Program-made: the position numbers and the translations under genes | Assembly (NCBI GenBank): GCA_963713865.1 | Contig: OY970208.1 | Span: 192,001-256,000 of the forward strand | DNA: 64,000 bases | Reading direction: 5' to 3' | Source: an uncultured candidate division Zixibacteria bacterium | GTDB lineage: Bacteria > Zixibacteria > MSB-5A5 > RBG-16-43-9 | In this document: piece by piece, positions 50,036 to 59,488 of the stretch | Layout: every line of letters starts with the position of its first letter | How positions within the stretch are numbered: the stretch's first letter is position 1 | The notes under the pieces: model-generated | What the model saw: only the letters and a program-made list of their open reading frames with translations | The model's database searches: none | Told to the model about the DNA's origin: nothing

Positions 50036-50950
50036 ATGGTAATGAAAAGCACACTTCTTTTTCTTTCCCGTCAGGAGAAGCTTAAAAATTTTGTCCTGGG
50101 ATTTGAGTTCGCCCAGAGGGTTTCAAGAAGGTTTGTCTCCGGTGAGACTCAGGAAGATGCAATTCAGGCAGTAAAAGATTTGAATCGTAAGGGGTTTTTC
50201 GCAACACTGGACCGATTAGGAGAAAACGTCACCAGCGAGGAAGAAGCCATCAAAGCTGCGGATGATTATATTCTTCTTCTGGACAGAATCCAGGAAAATG
50301 GAATTGACTCCAACGTTTCCTGCAAGCTCACCCAGATGGGGCTGGACCTGGGCGTTGATTTCTGTTTGAACAATGTCAGAAGGATCGTGGAGAAAGCGAA
50401 AAAATATCACAATTTCGTTCGTATTGATATGGAAGATTCACCTCGAACTGATAAAACTTTGCAGATTTGCTATGCCTTACACCAAGAATACCCGGAGGTA
50501 GGTGCGGTGATCCAGTCTTATCTTTACCGAAGCGAAGAAGACGTTAGAAAACTATTAGAACAGAAAATCAGGATAAGATTGTGCAAAGGTGCTTATAAAG
50601 AACCCAGAGCAGTAGCATTTCAAAAGAAAAAACAGGTTGATGACAACTTTGTTAAATTGATGAAAATGATGTTAAAAAGCGGGATTTATCACGGAATTGG
50701 CACCCATGATGATAAGATGATTCAGGCAACCATCGAATTTTCAAAAAAAGAAAATATAGATAAAGCTGATTTTGAATTCCAGCTTCTTTACGGGATAAGA
50801 AGAGAGCTTCAGGAGGAATTAGTCAGGCAGGGTTACAATGTAAGAATTTACACTCCCTACGGCGACCAGTGGTATCCATATTTTATGCGCCGGCTGGCAG
50901 AACGACCAGCTAACCTGTTCTTTGTGGCTAAAAATTTCTTCCGGAGATAA
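50036..50950 (+). CDS. Proline dehydrogenase (monofunctional)
   Basis: RFVSGE, LGE, KLTQ.GL, RIDMED, RLCKGAY.E, THD, FQLLYG, YFMRRLAERP. Confidence 0.94.
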   Translation: MVMKSTLLFLSRQEKLKNFVLGFEFAQRVSRRFVSGETQEDAIQAVKDLNRKGFFATLDRLGENVTSEEEAIKAADDYILLLDRIQENGIDSNVSCKLTQMGLDLGVDFCLNNVRRIVEKAKKYHNFVRIDMEDSPRTDKTLQICYALHQEYPEVGAVIQSYLYRSEEDVRKLLEQKIRIRLCKGAYKEPRAVAFQKKKQVDDNFVKLMKMMLKSGIYHGIGTHDDKMIQATIEFSKKENIDKADFEFQLLYGIRRELQEELVRQGYNVRIYTPYGDQWYPYFMRRLAERPANLFFVAKNFFRR

Positions 50951-51018
50951 TCTGTTTGTCGTCGGGTCAGGAGACCCGACGACCACATCAAATTAATTTA
51001 GAGGATACTGGAGGTTTT

Positions 51019-52182
51019 ATGGAGACCTTCAACCATATCAGAGCAAATATGGAGGAAGAGGAAGAAAGATATTTAGCTCCTTATGCTATGAAAAGTAAGG
51101 AGACTTTGGGTAGGAAATATAAAGAAGAAGACCATCCCTACCGTTCTTTTTTCCAGAGGGATAGGGATCGGATAATCCATTCTTCTGCTTTTCGCAGATT
51201 GGAATATAAAACCCAGGTCTTTGTCAATCATGAGGGGGACCATTACCGTACCCGCTTAACCCACACCATCGAGGTAGCCCAGATCTCCCGCGCTTTAGCC
51301 CGGGCTTTAAAGCTGAATGAAGATTTGACCGAAGCCATTGCCTTAGCTCATGACCTGGGTCATACTCCTTTTGGACATTCAGGCGAGGAGACTTTGAATG
51401 AGATAATGAGAGCACATGGTGGTTTTGAGCATAACCGCCAATCCTTGAGAGTGGTCGATCTGTTAGAGGAAAGGTATCCTGAATTTCCTGGCTTAAATTT
51501 AACCTATGAGGTCAGAGAGGGTATCATAAAACATGAGACAATTTACGACAGGCCAGTTCCGGCAGAATTCAATCCCAAATCCTGTCCCACCCTGGAATGC
51601 CAGGTTGTAAATTTAGCTGATGAGATCGCTTATACCTCCCATGATATCGATGATGGGTTGCGTTCCATGGTTTTAACTGAAGAGGAGCTTAACGAAGTTG
51701 AACTCTGGAGGGAAACTGTAGAGCAGATAGAAAAAAAATATAAAGACTTGACTCCTTATCAGAAAATCAGCCAGGCCGTGAGGATGATTATTAACCAGGA
51801 GGTAACTGACGCCATCCGGGAAACCACCTCTCGATTAAATAAATCTCAGGTCAAAACTGTAGATGAAGTCCGCACCTTCGGAGAAAATCTCTTATCCTTT
51901 AGCCCGGAACTGAAGAAACTAAATTCCCAGTTGAAGATGTTTTTATTTAATAAGATGTACCGCCATTATCGGATGATAAGAATGGCAGACAAGGCTAAGA
52001 GGATAATCACCCAGTTATTTCAGGTCTATCAGAACAATCCTGATCAGCTGCCTCCCCACACTTTAGAGAAATTCAAGGAGTACGATAAGATGCAGGTGAT
52101 CTGTGACTATATAGCCGGGATGACCGATAGATTTGCGCTTCAGGAATACAAGAAGCTTTTTGACCCTTTTGAAAGGGTCTGA
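51019..52182 (+). CDS. dgt: dGTP triphosphohydrolase-like protein
   Basis: RBS GGAGG; FQRDRDRIIHS.AFRRL..KTQVF, RLTH, HDLGHTPFGH.GE, DYIAGMTD. Confidence 0.92.
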   Translation: METFNHIRANMEEEEERYLAPYAMKSKETLGRKYKEEDHPYRSFFQRDRDRIIHSSAFRRLEYKTQVFVNHEGDHYRTRLTHTIEVAQISRALARALKLNEDLTEAIALAHDLGHTPFGHSGEETLNEIMRAHGGFEHNRQSLRVVDLLEERYPEFPGLNLTYEVREGIIKHETIYDRPVPAEFNPKSCPTLECQVVNLADEIAYTSHDIDDGLRSMVLTEEELNEVELWRETVEQIEKKYKDLTPYQKISQAVRMIINQEVTDAIRETTSRLNKSQVKTVDEVRTFGENLLSFSPELKKLNSQLKMFLFNKMYRHYRMIRMADKAKRIITQLFQVYQNNPDQLPPHTLEKFKEYDKMQVICDYIAGMTDRFALQEYKKLFDPFERV

Positions 52183-52332
52183 TCCCTTAGGTAAGAGATT
52201 GCATCAAGTATGAAGCTGTTTGCATAAAAAATTTCTCCAGTTTTACTTGTATCCGCAAAATTATCAAGATTTCTCAAGTCTTGCAAAATGCAATATCTGA
52301 AATTTAGTTTTTCAATTTTGTATCTTGCTTGA

Positions 52333-52439
52333 AATCAGATAATTAGAAAACCTGTTAGCTTTCCTGCTCATTATTTTAACGATTTTCCTTCCACCTAAAA
52401 CCTGTCGCCTCTTTCCTCTTAGCAGGCATAGGTTTTGCT
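52333..52439 (+). promoter_or_regulatory. Candidate sigma54 promoter with upstream IHF site
   Basis: AGGCATAGGTTTTGCT (GG-N10-GC, 52424-52439); AATCAG-ATAA-TTA (WATCAR-N4-TTR) at 52333-52345. Confidence 0.6.
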
Positions 52440-52474
52440 CAAATGTTATTTTAGAAAACAGCGAAGGAGGATAT

Positions 52475-52840
52475 ATGGAATGCTACTTCTATGGAACTAT
52501 AAGAATAGGGGAGGAGAAGGAAAGGTTCAATGGGGTGGTATCCTTCGCCATACCTGATTTAGGGATCATCTTCCGGGCGCAGTACAAAGGCTCTCCTCCT
52601 GAATGTGAATATGCCAGTCTCTTAGCCCTTCTGGAGTTCATAGAACAGAACCCGAATCTGTTCAAGAGTAAAAGAATAGAAATTTACGGTGACAGTTTTA
52701 TGGTAGTTCATCAGGTTAATATGCAGATGCACTGTGCCAAAGAGTTAGAGCCTTACCGCAATATGGCACTGGGCTATAAAAAGAAAATCCCTTATGTATT
52801 GAACTGGATTCCAAAACATGATAATCCGGCATTGATTTAA
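52475..52840 (+). CDS. RNase H-like domain protein with degenerate active site
   Basis: RBS AGGAGG; EY.SLL.LLE, IEIYGDS..VV.QV, WIPK.DN; first Asp replaced by Tyr and last Asp absent. Confidence 0.75.
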   Translation: MECYFYGTIRIGEEKERFNGVVSFAIPDLGIIFRAQYKGSPPECEYASLLALLEFIEQNPNLFKSKRIEIYGDSFMVVHQVNMQMHCAKELEPYRNMALGYKKKIPYVLNWIPKHDNPALI

Positions 52841-52871
52841 TAATAGATAGGGGTTAGGGTGGGGAAACTAC

Positions 52872-52903
52872 AGGAGAGGGTTTTAAAACCCTCTCCTTTT
52901 TTT
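52872..52903 (+). terminator. Rho-independent terminator
   Basis: AGGAGAGGGTTTT/AAAACCCTCTCCT followed by T run. Confidence 0.75.
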
Positions 52904-53145
52904 GTAGGGGTAGACCTGTGTGTTTACCCTGATAAATTTGGGGCGAACACATAGGTTCGCCCCTACCTTCAATTCATCAGTGTCATTGCGAGGAGTCCCG
53001 CCAACGGCGGGACGACGAAGCAATCTACCTTCAGCGGGACATGCTTGACTTGCGGAGTTTTTACTTCCTCAAGTGTCCGTTATCCACCGCAGGTAGATTA
53101 ACCCGACGGTGACCTCACCCCAAACCACTCCTGTGAGGAGAGGGA
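52904..53145. repeat. Mixed REP-like cluster
   Basis: GTAGGGGTAGACC..., GGGGCGAACACATAGGTTCGCCCCTAC, TGTCATTGCGAGGAG..GACGAAGCAATC, CCTCACCCC..GGAGAGGG. Confidence 0.7.
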
Positions 53146-53254
53146 ATACACAATCTCCATTTAATTTCACATCCGCTATCTGCCATTCGTCATTATCATT
53201 GACAGAGTCAATCTATTTTGCTAACTTTTCTTGTGGAATCAGGATAGGAAAAAG

Positions 53255-54241
53255 ATGAAATACTTAGAATTCATAACCCAGATAGAAAAAGGGAAAATCT
53301 CTCCTCTGTATCATTTTACCGGAGAAGAGGAACTTCTGAAGCGGGAAGCCGTTGAAAAACTGATAGGGCTTTTGATCGAGCCACCCCTGAAGAGCTTCAA
53401 CCTGGATTTTATCCAGGCACGGGAGTCCAAAGCTGAGGAGATAATAAACCTGTGTGCTACCCTTCCTTTTGGCTCCCGGAAAAGGATGGTGGTAGTCTAT
53501 GATATTCAGAAGCTTCATCCCAAGCACAAGGATGAGCTTTCCAGATACTTTCCCCATATCCCTGAATCAAGCTGTTTAGTTGTAATTTCAAACAGGGTTG
53601 ACAAGAGGTTAAAATTCTATCAGGATTTAAAAAAGGAAGCCACTGAAGTTGAATTCTCGCTCCTTTTGGATGAGGAGGTTTTGGACTGGATTAATGAGAG
53701 AGTTGAAAAATATCGAAAAAAGATGGAACCTAAAGGGGTTGCGTTATTGCTGGAAACAGTAGGTAATAATCTTTATGAACTTTCCAATGAGCTTGAAAAG
53801 TTATCCATCTATGTCCAGGATAAAGAGCTGATCGATTTAAAGGATATTGAAAATGTTGTTGGTTATACTAAAACCGAGAATGTCTTTCAGTTGAATCAGG
53901 CAATCGGTGAAAAAAAGCTTAACCGGGCATTAAAGATCTTGAAGGACCTCTCCCTTTCCAAAGGAAAAGAATCCGGCATTATCTTCATGCTCGGGGATCA
54001 TTTCCTCAAGCTTTATCAGATTAAAGCTTCTGCCGAGAAGAATATGTACAATCTGGCTCATCTTTTAAGAATTTATTACGGTTCGGTGCAGGAATATCAG
54101 AATCAGGCAAAAAATTTCAGCTTGGAGCAGTTGGAAAAAGGGCTCTCCCTTATTTACCAGGCAGACTTAGATTTGAAATCAGGGAAAATGCCCCAGAAAT
54201 TTTTAGTGGAGCTTTTAATCTATGAGCTGTGCCGTTTGTGA
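53255..54241 (+). CDS. holA: DNA polymerase III delta subunit
   Basis: PLY.F.GEE, FNLD, TLPF...RMVVV, L.NELEKL, NVFQL..AI, AD..LKSG. Confidence 0.9.
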   Translation: MKYLEFITQIEKGKISPLYHFTGEEELLKREAVEKLIGLLIEPPLKSFNLDFIQARESKAEEIINLCATLPFGSRKRMVVVYDIQKLHPKHKDELSRYFPHIPESSCLVVISNRVDKRLKFYQDLKKEATEVEFSLLLDEEVLDWINERVEKYRKKMEPKGVALLLETVGNNLYELSNELEKLSIYVQDKELIDLKDIENVVGYTKTENVFQLNQAIGEKKLNRALKILKDLSLSKGKESGIIFMLGDHFLKLYQIKASAEKNMYNLAHLLRIYYGSVQEYQNQAKNFSLEQLEKGLSLIYQADLDLKSGKMPQKFLVELLIYELCRL

Positions 54242-54286
54242 ATCTGGGAAAAACCTGTTTCTAAAAAGTTTAGCCCGGTAAAAAAC

Positions 54287-54314
54287 CGGGAATATTTTTT
54301 ATCTTAAATTGTAT
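54287..54314 (+). promoter_or_regulatory. Candidate autoregulatory ECF promoter (copy 1)
   Basis: CGGGAATATTTT-N10-TTGTAT just upstream of ECF gene; same motif before VIT-vWA gene. Confidence 0.65.
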
Positions 54315-54322
54315 TGTAACTG

Positions 54323-54916
54323 ATGGAAGTTCTGATGGCGGAGAAAAGGTTTAGAACTAAATCTGAGGAGCCGGAGGAAAAACTAATAGCTAAAGCCAAA
54401 AGAGGGGATATCTATTCTTTTGAAAGGCTGGTGGAAAAATATCAGAAGAAAATCTATTACCTGGCACTGCGTATGACCAGATCGCATGAGGCCGCAGATG
54501 ACCTGGCACAGGAAGCTTTTATCAAAGCGTTCTATGCTCTGAAATCCTTTAAGGAAGGCTTCAGTTTCTCAGCCTGGGTTTATAAGATCTGTATGAACCT
54601 GACCCTGAATTATCTTAAAAGACAGAAATTCACCATTCCGGAAAGCCAGCTTCCAGAAAACTATTTTGAATCTTTGAACCACAAGGATAAAGATGATTTT
54701 TCAGACCAGTTAGTCAAAGAGGAGCTGAGAAAAAAAATTGAGCAGGAAATAGATAATCTGCCCCCGGATTTTAAAGCAGTCTTTATATTGAAAACCTATG
54801 AAGATTTAAGTTACGAACAGATAGCTCAGGCTTTGAAGATCTCTAAGGGAACCGTAATGTCCCGGCTGTTCCGGGCAAGGGAGAGAATGCAGAGGAGTTT
54901 AAAAGGTTATCTATGA
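54323..54916 (+). CDS. ECF RNA polymerase sigma factor
   Basis: GD..SF..LV.KY, ADDLAQEAFIKA, FSAWVYKI..N, LSYEQIA..L.IS.GTVMSRL.RAR. Confidence 0.94.
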   Translation: MEVLMAEKRFRTKSEEPEEKLIAKAKRGDIYSFERLVEKYQKKIYYLALRMTRSHEAADDLAQEAFIKAFYALKSFKEGFSFSAWVYKICMNLTLNYLKRQKFTIPESQLPENYFESLNHKDKDDFSDQLVKEELRKKIEQEIDNLPPDFKAVFILKTYEDLSYEQIAQALKISKGTVMSRLFRARERMQRSLKGYL

Positions 54917-54922
54917 AAGAAG

Positions 54923-56071
54923 GTGGGAAAATTGAAGTGTGAGGATTTTGACAAATTACTCCATCTTTATTTCGATGGAGAGCTGAAAGAAAAAGAGTTT
55001 GAAAAGATAGAAGAACATCTTTTGAGCTGCCAAAGGTGTGCTGAAAAGCTGCAGGAGCTTAAAAACCTGGAGGAAGAGGTCAAAGGGATAAAGATGCCCG
55101 AGCCTTCTGGCACCTACTGGAAAACCTTTACCGAGGAGGTTAGAAACAAGATCATCCTGAGCAGGAAAAAATCTTTCTGGGCAAAAATTAAGTCTGGCTG
55201 GGAGTCATTTTTCTACTACTCGCCAGCTAAGCTGAGAATAGCCGCCGGAATTGCCTCAGTCCTTTTAGTCTTTATCGTAGGCAAGCTTTACTGGGACTAT
55301 AAAGGAAAAGAATTGGAAGAAATAAGGTCTTTGAGAATGGAGAAATCTTTAAGCTCTCAAGTCCCCAAAAAAGTTGAATACCCAGCCCCAGCAATTAAGG
55401 AGTCTGCTCAGGTTGGGAATCAAATAAAGGAATCAACCATTGTCGAACAGAAATTGCCATTACCAGAAGAAAAAATCAAGGATAAAACAAAAAAAGAGGC
55501 TGGACAAGGCAAAATCATAGTGCCTGAGTCAACTATAACTGTTACTGCTGAAAGACCAAAGATCGAGAAAGGGGTGACTGCAAATTTAAGGACTGTAACT
55601 CAAGCAGAATTAGCTATAAAACCTCCAGGTGTGCCAGAAACAACTATCCAAGTTCAGAAATTACCAGAAGAAAAGAAAGCCATTAAAGTATTAGCAGAAC
55701 AAACTATTTCAACAAAAAAAATAGGTGAGGAATTATATCCTTCTGAAGGTGTAAGATATTATATGCCTGTTAAAACCTGGATTAGAGCTTTGAATGAAAA
55801 AGATACTTTAGTGGAAGTAGATACCCTGAAAAAAGTGATTACTTCCTGGAAAGAATTTTTTGAAAAAAAGCAAAAACCCGAATGGATTCCTGAAGGATTT
55901 TCACAAATTGCGATTGCTTATCAGCTTCTTTTCCTCAAGACCAAAGACCAGGTTCTACTGCAAGAAGGGATTGAGCTTCTGAAAAAATATAATGAGTCTG
56001 CAACTGACCAGAGAATTAAGGAGGAATTTGGTAAGAAAATTGAAGAGCTGGAGAATTTGAAGAAAAAATAA
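54923..56071 (+). CDS. Zinc-finger (HxxxCxxC) anti-sigma factor with one TM and extracytoplasmic domain
   Basis: C......L..Y.DGEL...IEEHL.SCQRC; TM IAAGIASVLLVFIVG; adjacent to ECF gene. Confidence 0.88.
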   Translation: MGKLKCEDFDKLLHLYFDGELKEKEFEKIEEHLLSCQRCAEKLQELKNLEEEVKGIKMPEPSGTYWKTFTEEVRNKIILSRKKSFWAKIKSGWESFFYYSPAKLRIAAGIASVLLVFIVGKLYWDYKGKELEEIRSLRMEKSLSSQVPKKVEYPAPAIKESAQVGNQIKESTIVEQKLPLPEEKIKDKTKKEAGQGKIIVPESTITVTAERPKIEKGVTANLRTVTQAELAIKPPGVPETTIQVQKLPEEKKAIKVLAEQTISTKKIGEELYPSEGVRYYMPVKTWIRALNEKDTLVEVDTLKKVITSWKEFFEKKQKPEWIPEGFSQIAIAYQLLFLKTKDQVLLQEGIELLKKYNESATDQRIKEEFGKKIEELENLKKK

Positions 56072-56078
56072 ATTTTTT

Positions 56079-56107
56079 CGGGAATATTTTCCTTCCTTGA
56101 TTTGTAT
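56079..56107 (+). promoter_or_regulatory. Candidate ECF promoter (copy 2)
   Basis: CGGGAATATTTT-N11-TTGTAT upstream of VIT-vWA gene. Confidence 0.65.
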
Positions 56108-56140
56108 AGGGAGTAGAAAAACCTTTTCAAGGAGGGAATT

Positions 56141-58291
56141 ATGAAAAAAGTAAGTCTTATAATCAGCTTCTTCCTGCTCTTAACTTCAAATATCTGGGCT
56201 GATGGATTCATTATCCCCGTGCCTCGCTATCCGGAAGAGCCACCTCCCCCTTATCTTTCGATCAAATATCATAACGTGGAGATCAAAATCGACAATCAGG
56301 TAGCCCAAACCACTGTCGATCAGGTTTTCAAAAACGATTATCCTCACGATTTAGAGGGAACTTATATCTTTCCCCTGCCTGAAGATGCCAGCATCTCCAG
56401 ATTCTCTATGTTTATTAAAGGGGAAGAGATAAAAGGGGAAATTCTGGATAGAGAAAAAGCCAAAAGAATCTATGAGGAGATAGTCAGGAGAAGAAAAGAC
56501 CCGGCTCTTTTGGAATATTATAATCAGGGGATGTTCCGAGCCCGGGTCTATCCCATACCAGCCCATGGCGAGACCAGGATAAAATTAGGATATTCTCAGA
56601 TCTTGAAATTGGAAAACGGGCTCTGCGAATACAACTATTCACTTTCCACTGAGAAATTCTCCCGGAACCCTTTAGAAAGTGTGAGAATCGAGCTGGTGAT
56701 AAACTCGGATACCCCCATTAAAAACGTCTATTCTCCAACTCAGGACATAAGGGTCGAGAGAGAAAATGACCATAGAGTCAAGGTCTCTTACTTTGAAGAG
56801 AATACCAAACCGAATAAAGATTTTGTCCTGTATTACACTCTATCCGAAGAAGAAATAGGTTTCACCCTTTTAAGCTATCAGGACGAAAAAGAGGGGAATT
56901 TCTTTATGGCTCTGTTCTCCCCTCAACTCCAGAGAGCTGAGAAACCGATCCGGAAAAAAATCATTTTCCTTTTAGATACCTCTGGCAGTATGCAGGGCGA
57001 GAAGATCAAACAGGCTAAAAACGCCTTGATCTTCTGCCTGAACGGCTTAAATCCCGGAGACAGCTTCAACCTTATCGATTTTGACGACCGCATAAAAACC
57101 TTCAAAGAAAGGCTATTGCTCGCTACCAAAGAAAACATTGATTCAGGCGTTAAATTTATCCAGGGCTGTGAGGCAGAAGGTGGAACAGACATTAATTCAG
57201 CACTTTTGGAAGGCTTAGAAAAACTCAATCCTGAAGACAGAACTTCCTATATAATATTTTTGACAGATGGCCTACCTACAGTTGGTGTAACAGATATCAA
57301 AAAGATTTTGGAAAACGTCAAAGCAAGGAACAGCAATGGCAGGATTTTTGTCTTCGGCGTTGGATTCGACGTCAACACCCATTTCTTAGACCGCTTGGCT
57401 AAAGACAATCACGCTGCTTCTGATTATGTAACTCCATCTGAGGATATTGAGGTAAAAGTTTCAAGCTTTTATAAGAAAATCTCCAATCCCATATTATCTG
57501 ATTTAAGCTTGAAATTCTCCGGGGTTAAAACCTTTGACCTCTACCCTGGAGAGCTGCCCGATCTTTTCAGTGGCTCTCAGATAATCGTTTTAGGGAAATA
57601 CGAAGGTGAAGGTATATCTTTTGCCACTTTATCCGGATACACAAACGCAGGAAAAGAAGTCTACTCTTATAAAGTTAAATTTTCTCCTGCTGAACAGAAT
57701 AATTTTATCCCCCGGCTTTGGGCAATGAGACGGATTGGCTATTTGTCAGACCAGATCAGACTATATGGGAAAAATACGGAATTGGTTGATGAGATTGTGC
57801 ATCTTTCAAAAAGATATGGCATTATCACTCAATACACCTCCTTTCTTGTTGACACTGATCGCTCAATAAATGTTACAGCAGATAGACCAATAATCGAAAA
57901 GGGTGTAACTTCTAATCTTCGGACTATGACCGGCTCAGAAGCAGTTTATCAAGCTCTAAAGGCTCAGGAACTGCAAAGTGCTCCAGTTGTTCCAGATAGA
58001 TACACCGATTCCTCAGGTAAAGAGAAAAAAGTAACTGAAGTAAAACAAGTGGCAAACAAGACCTTTTTCAAAAAAGGTGAGATCTGGGTGGATAGCGAGT
58101 ATGATACTAAACTTAAGACTATAAAAATTCAAAGGTTTAGCCTGGCTTATTTTGAATTGGCTAAAAAATTTCCGGAATTTGAGAAATATCTCTCTTTAGG
58201 TGATAAGGTTATCTTCGTGTTCAAGGGTAAAGTGATTAAGATAGCTGACCAGGGAGAGGAAAAAATTGAGGTTCTGAATGAATTAAAGTAG
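56141..58291 (+). CDS. Secreted VIT and vWA domain protein
   Basis: Signal peptide; VIT (EGTYIFPLP.DA, RKDPALLEY); MIDAS DTSGS, GGT.I..AL, FLTDG.PT; RLWA.RRI. Confidence 0.92.
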   Translation: MKKVSLIISFFLLLTSNIWADGFIIPVPRYPEEPPPPYLSIKYHNVEIKIDNQVAQTTVDQVFKNDYPHDLEGTYIFPLPEDASISRFSMFIKGEEIKGEILDREKAKRIYEEIVRRRKDPALLEYYNQGMFRARVYPIPAHGETRIKLGYSQILKLENGLCEYNYSLSTEKFSRNPLESVRIELVINSDTPIKNVYSPTQDIRVERENDHRVKVSYFEENTKPNKDFVLYYTLSEEEIGFTLLSYQDEKEGNFFMALFSPQLQRAEKPIRKKIIFLLDTSGSMQGEKIKQAKNALIFCLNGLNPGDSFNLIDFDDRIKTFKERLLLATKENIDSGVKFIQGCEAEGGTDINSALLEGLEKLNPEDRTSYIIFLTDGLPTVGVTDIKKILENVKARNSNGRIFVFGVGFDVNTHFLDRLAKDNHAASDYVTPSEDIEVKVSSFYKKISNPILSDLSLKFSGVKTFDLYPGELPDLFSGSQIIVLGKYEGEGISFATLSGYTNAGKEVYSYKVKFSPAEQNNFIPRLWAMRRIGYLSDQIRLYGKNTELVDEIVHLSKRYGIITQYTSFLVDTDRSINVTADRPIIEKGVTSNLRTMTGSEAVYQALKAQELQSAPVVPDRYTDSSGKEKKVTEVKQVANKTFFKKGEIWVDSEYDTKLKTIKIQRFSLAYFELAKKFPEFEKYLSLGDKVIFVFKGKVIKIADQGEEKIEVLNELK

Positions 58292-58701
58292 TGGAACTCT
58301 TCAGAGTTGTAGACTTGCAGGTACAGAATCCGCCTCAGGCGGATTCTGTACCTTGCATATTTGTAAGGACAATTCATGAATTACCCCTACGTAAACCCAT
58401 TAGGGCAAACACACCTCTCTGCCTCAACTAATTCAAGTGGCCGTCGGGTCCCCTGACCCGATGGAAACCTCACCCCAACCCGCTCCTTACAAAGGAGAGT
58501 GAACAAATCCTTCCCCTATTTTTTATTCGATACTCTAACTCAGGTTTTCGGTATCAGCTACTCAATTTCTATTTTTTTAAACCTTGAACCTTCAAACCTT
58601 TGAATTCTTGAACCTCTATTTTTTAAATATCTATTGACAAAGTTTAAAATTTGATTTTTATTTTCGGTTAAGGAAATTAAAATCGCTTTTCAGGTGGAAA
58701 G

Positions 58702-59442
58702 ATGAAATGGAAAGGACTACTCCTGATTTTTACGTTCCTCTTCTTAGCCTGTATAAAAACCGAGAAGAAAGGCTCTTCTATGGAAAATAAGTCCGAGTTA
58801 GATTCAGAAGGAATGATTGAGAAAAGGGATTTGATGGTTAAATCCCAGATCGAGAGCCGTGGTGTCAAAGACCCTCTGGTTTTAAAGGCGATGAGAAAAG
58901 TTCCCCGGCATCTGTTTGTGCCTAAGAGTTTTCGTGAAGAATCTTATGCAGATGAGCCTTTGCCCATTGGAGAAAATCAAACCATCTCCCAGCCCTATAT
59001 AGTTGCTTTGATGACCGAGCTTTTAGGCTTGAAAGGAGGGGAGAAAGTCTTAGAGATAGGAACTGGCTCAGGTTATCAGGCTGCCATCTTGGCTGAAATA
59101 GCAAAAGAGGTTTACAGTATAGAGATTGTCTGCACCTTAGCAGAAAGAGCTGAAAGTACCCTGAAGGAATTAGGATATAAAAATATCACCATAAAATGCG
59201 CAGATGGTTATCAGGGCTGGAAAGAGCATTCCTCTTTTGATGGAATTCTCGTAACTGCTGCACCTGATCATATCCCCCAACCCTTAATCGACCAGCTCAA
59301 AATCGGGGGAAGATTAGTTATCCCGGTTGGAGAGCTTTTTCAGGAACTAATTCTGGTTACCAAAACTGATAAAGGTATAAAGAAAGAGGATGTTATCCCG
59401 GTTCGATTTGTGCCGATGACCGGCGAAGCTGAAAAGAAATGA
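58702..59442 (+). CDS. pcm: Protein-L-isoaspartate O-methyltransferase with lipoprotein-like leader
   Basis: [41 protein letters not shown]. Confidence 0.93.
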   Translation: MKWKGLLLIFTFLFLACIKTEKKGSSMENKSELDSEGMIEKRDLMVKSQIESRGVKDPLVLKAMRKVPRHLFVPKSFREESYADEPLPIGENQTISQPYIVALMTELLGLKGGEKVLEIGTGSGYQAAILAEIAKEVYSIEIVCTLAERAESTLKELGYKNITIKCADGYQGWKEHSSFDGILVTAAPDHIPQPLIDQLKIGGRLVIPVGELFQELILVTKTDKGIKKEDVIPVRFVPMTGEAEKK

Positions 59443-59465
59443 AACTCGAAAAAGATAAATTCGTA
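59440..59465 (+). promoter_or_regulatory. Candidate SigW-like ECF promoter of pspC operon
   Basis: TGAAAC-N16-CGTA. Confidence 0.6.
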
Positions 59466-59488
59466 TAACCAAGAAAAAAGAGGTAGAT

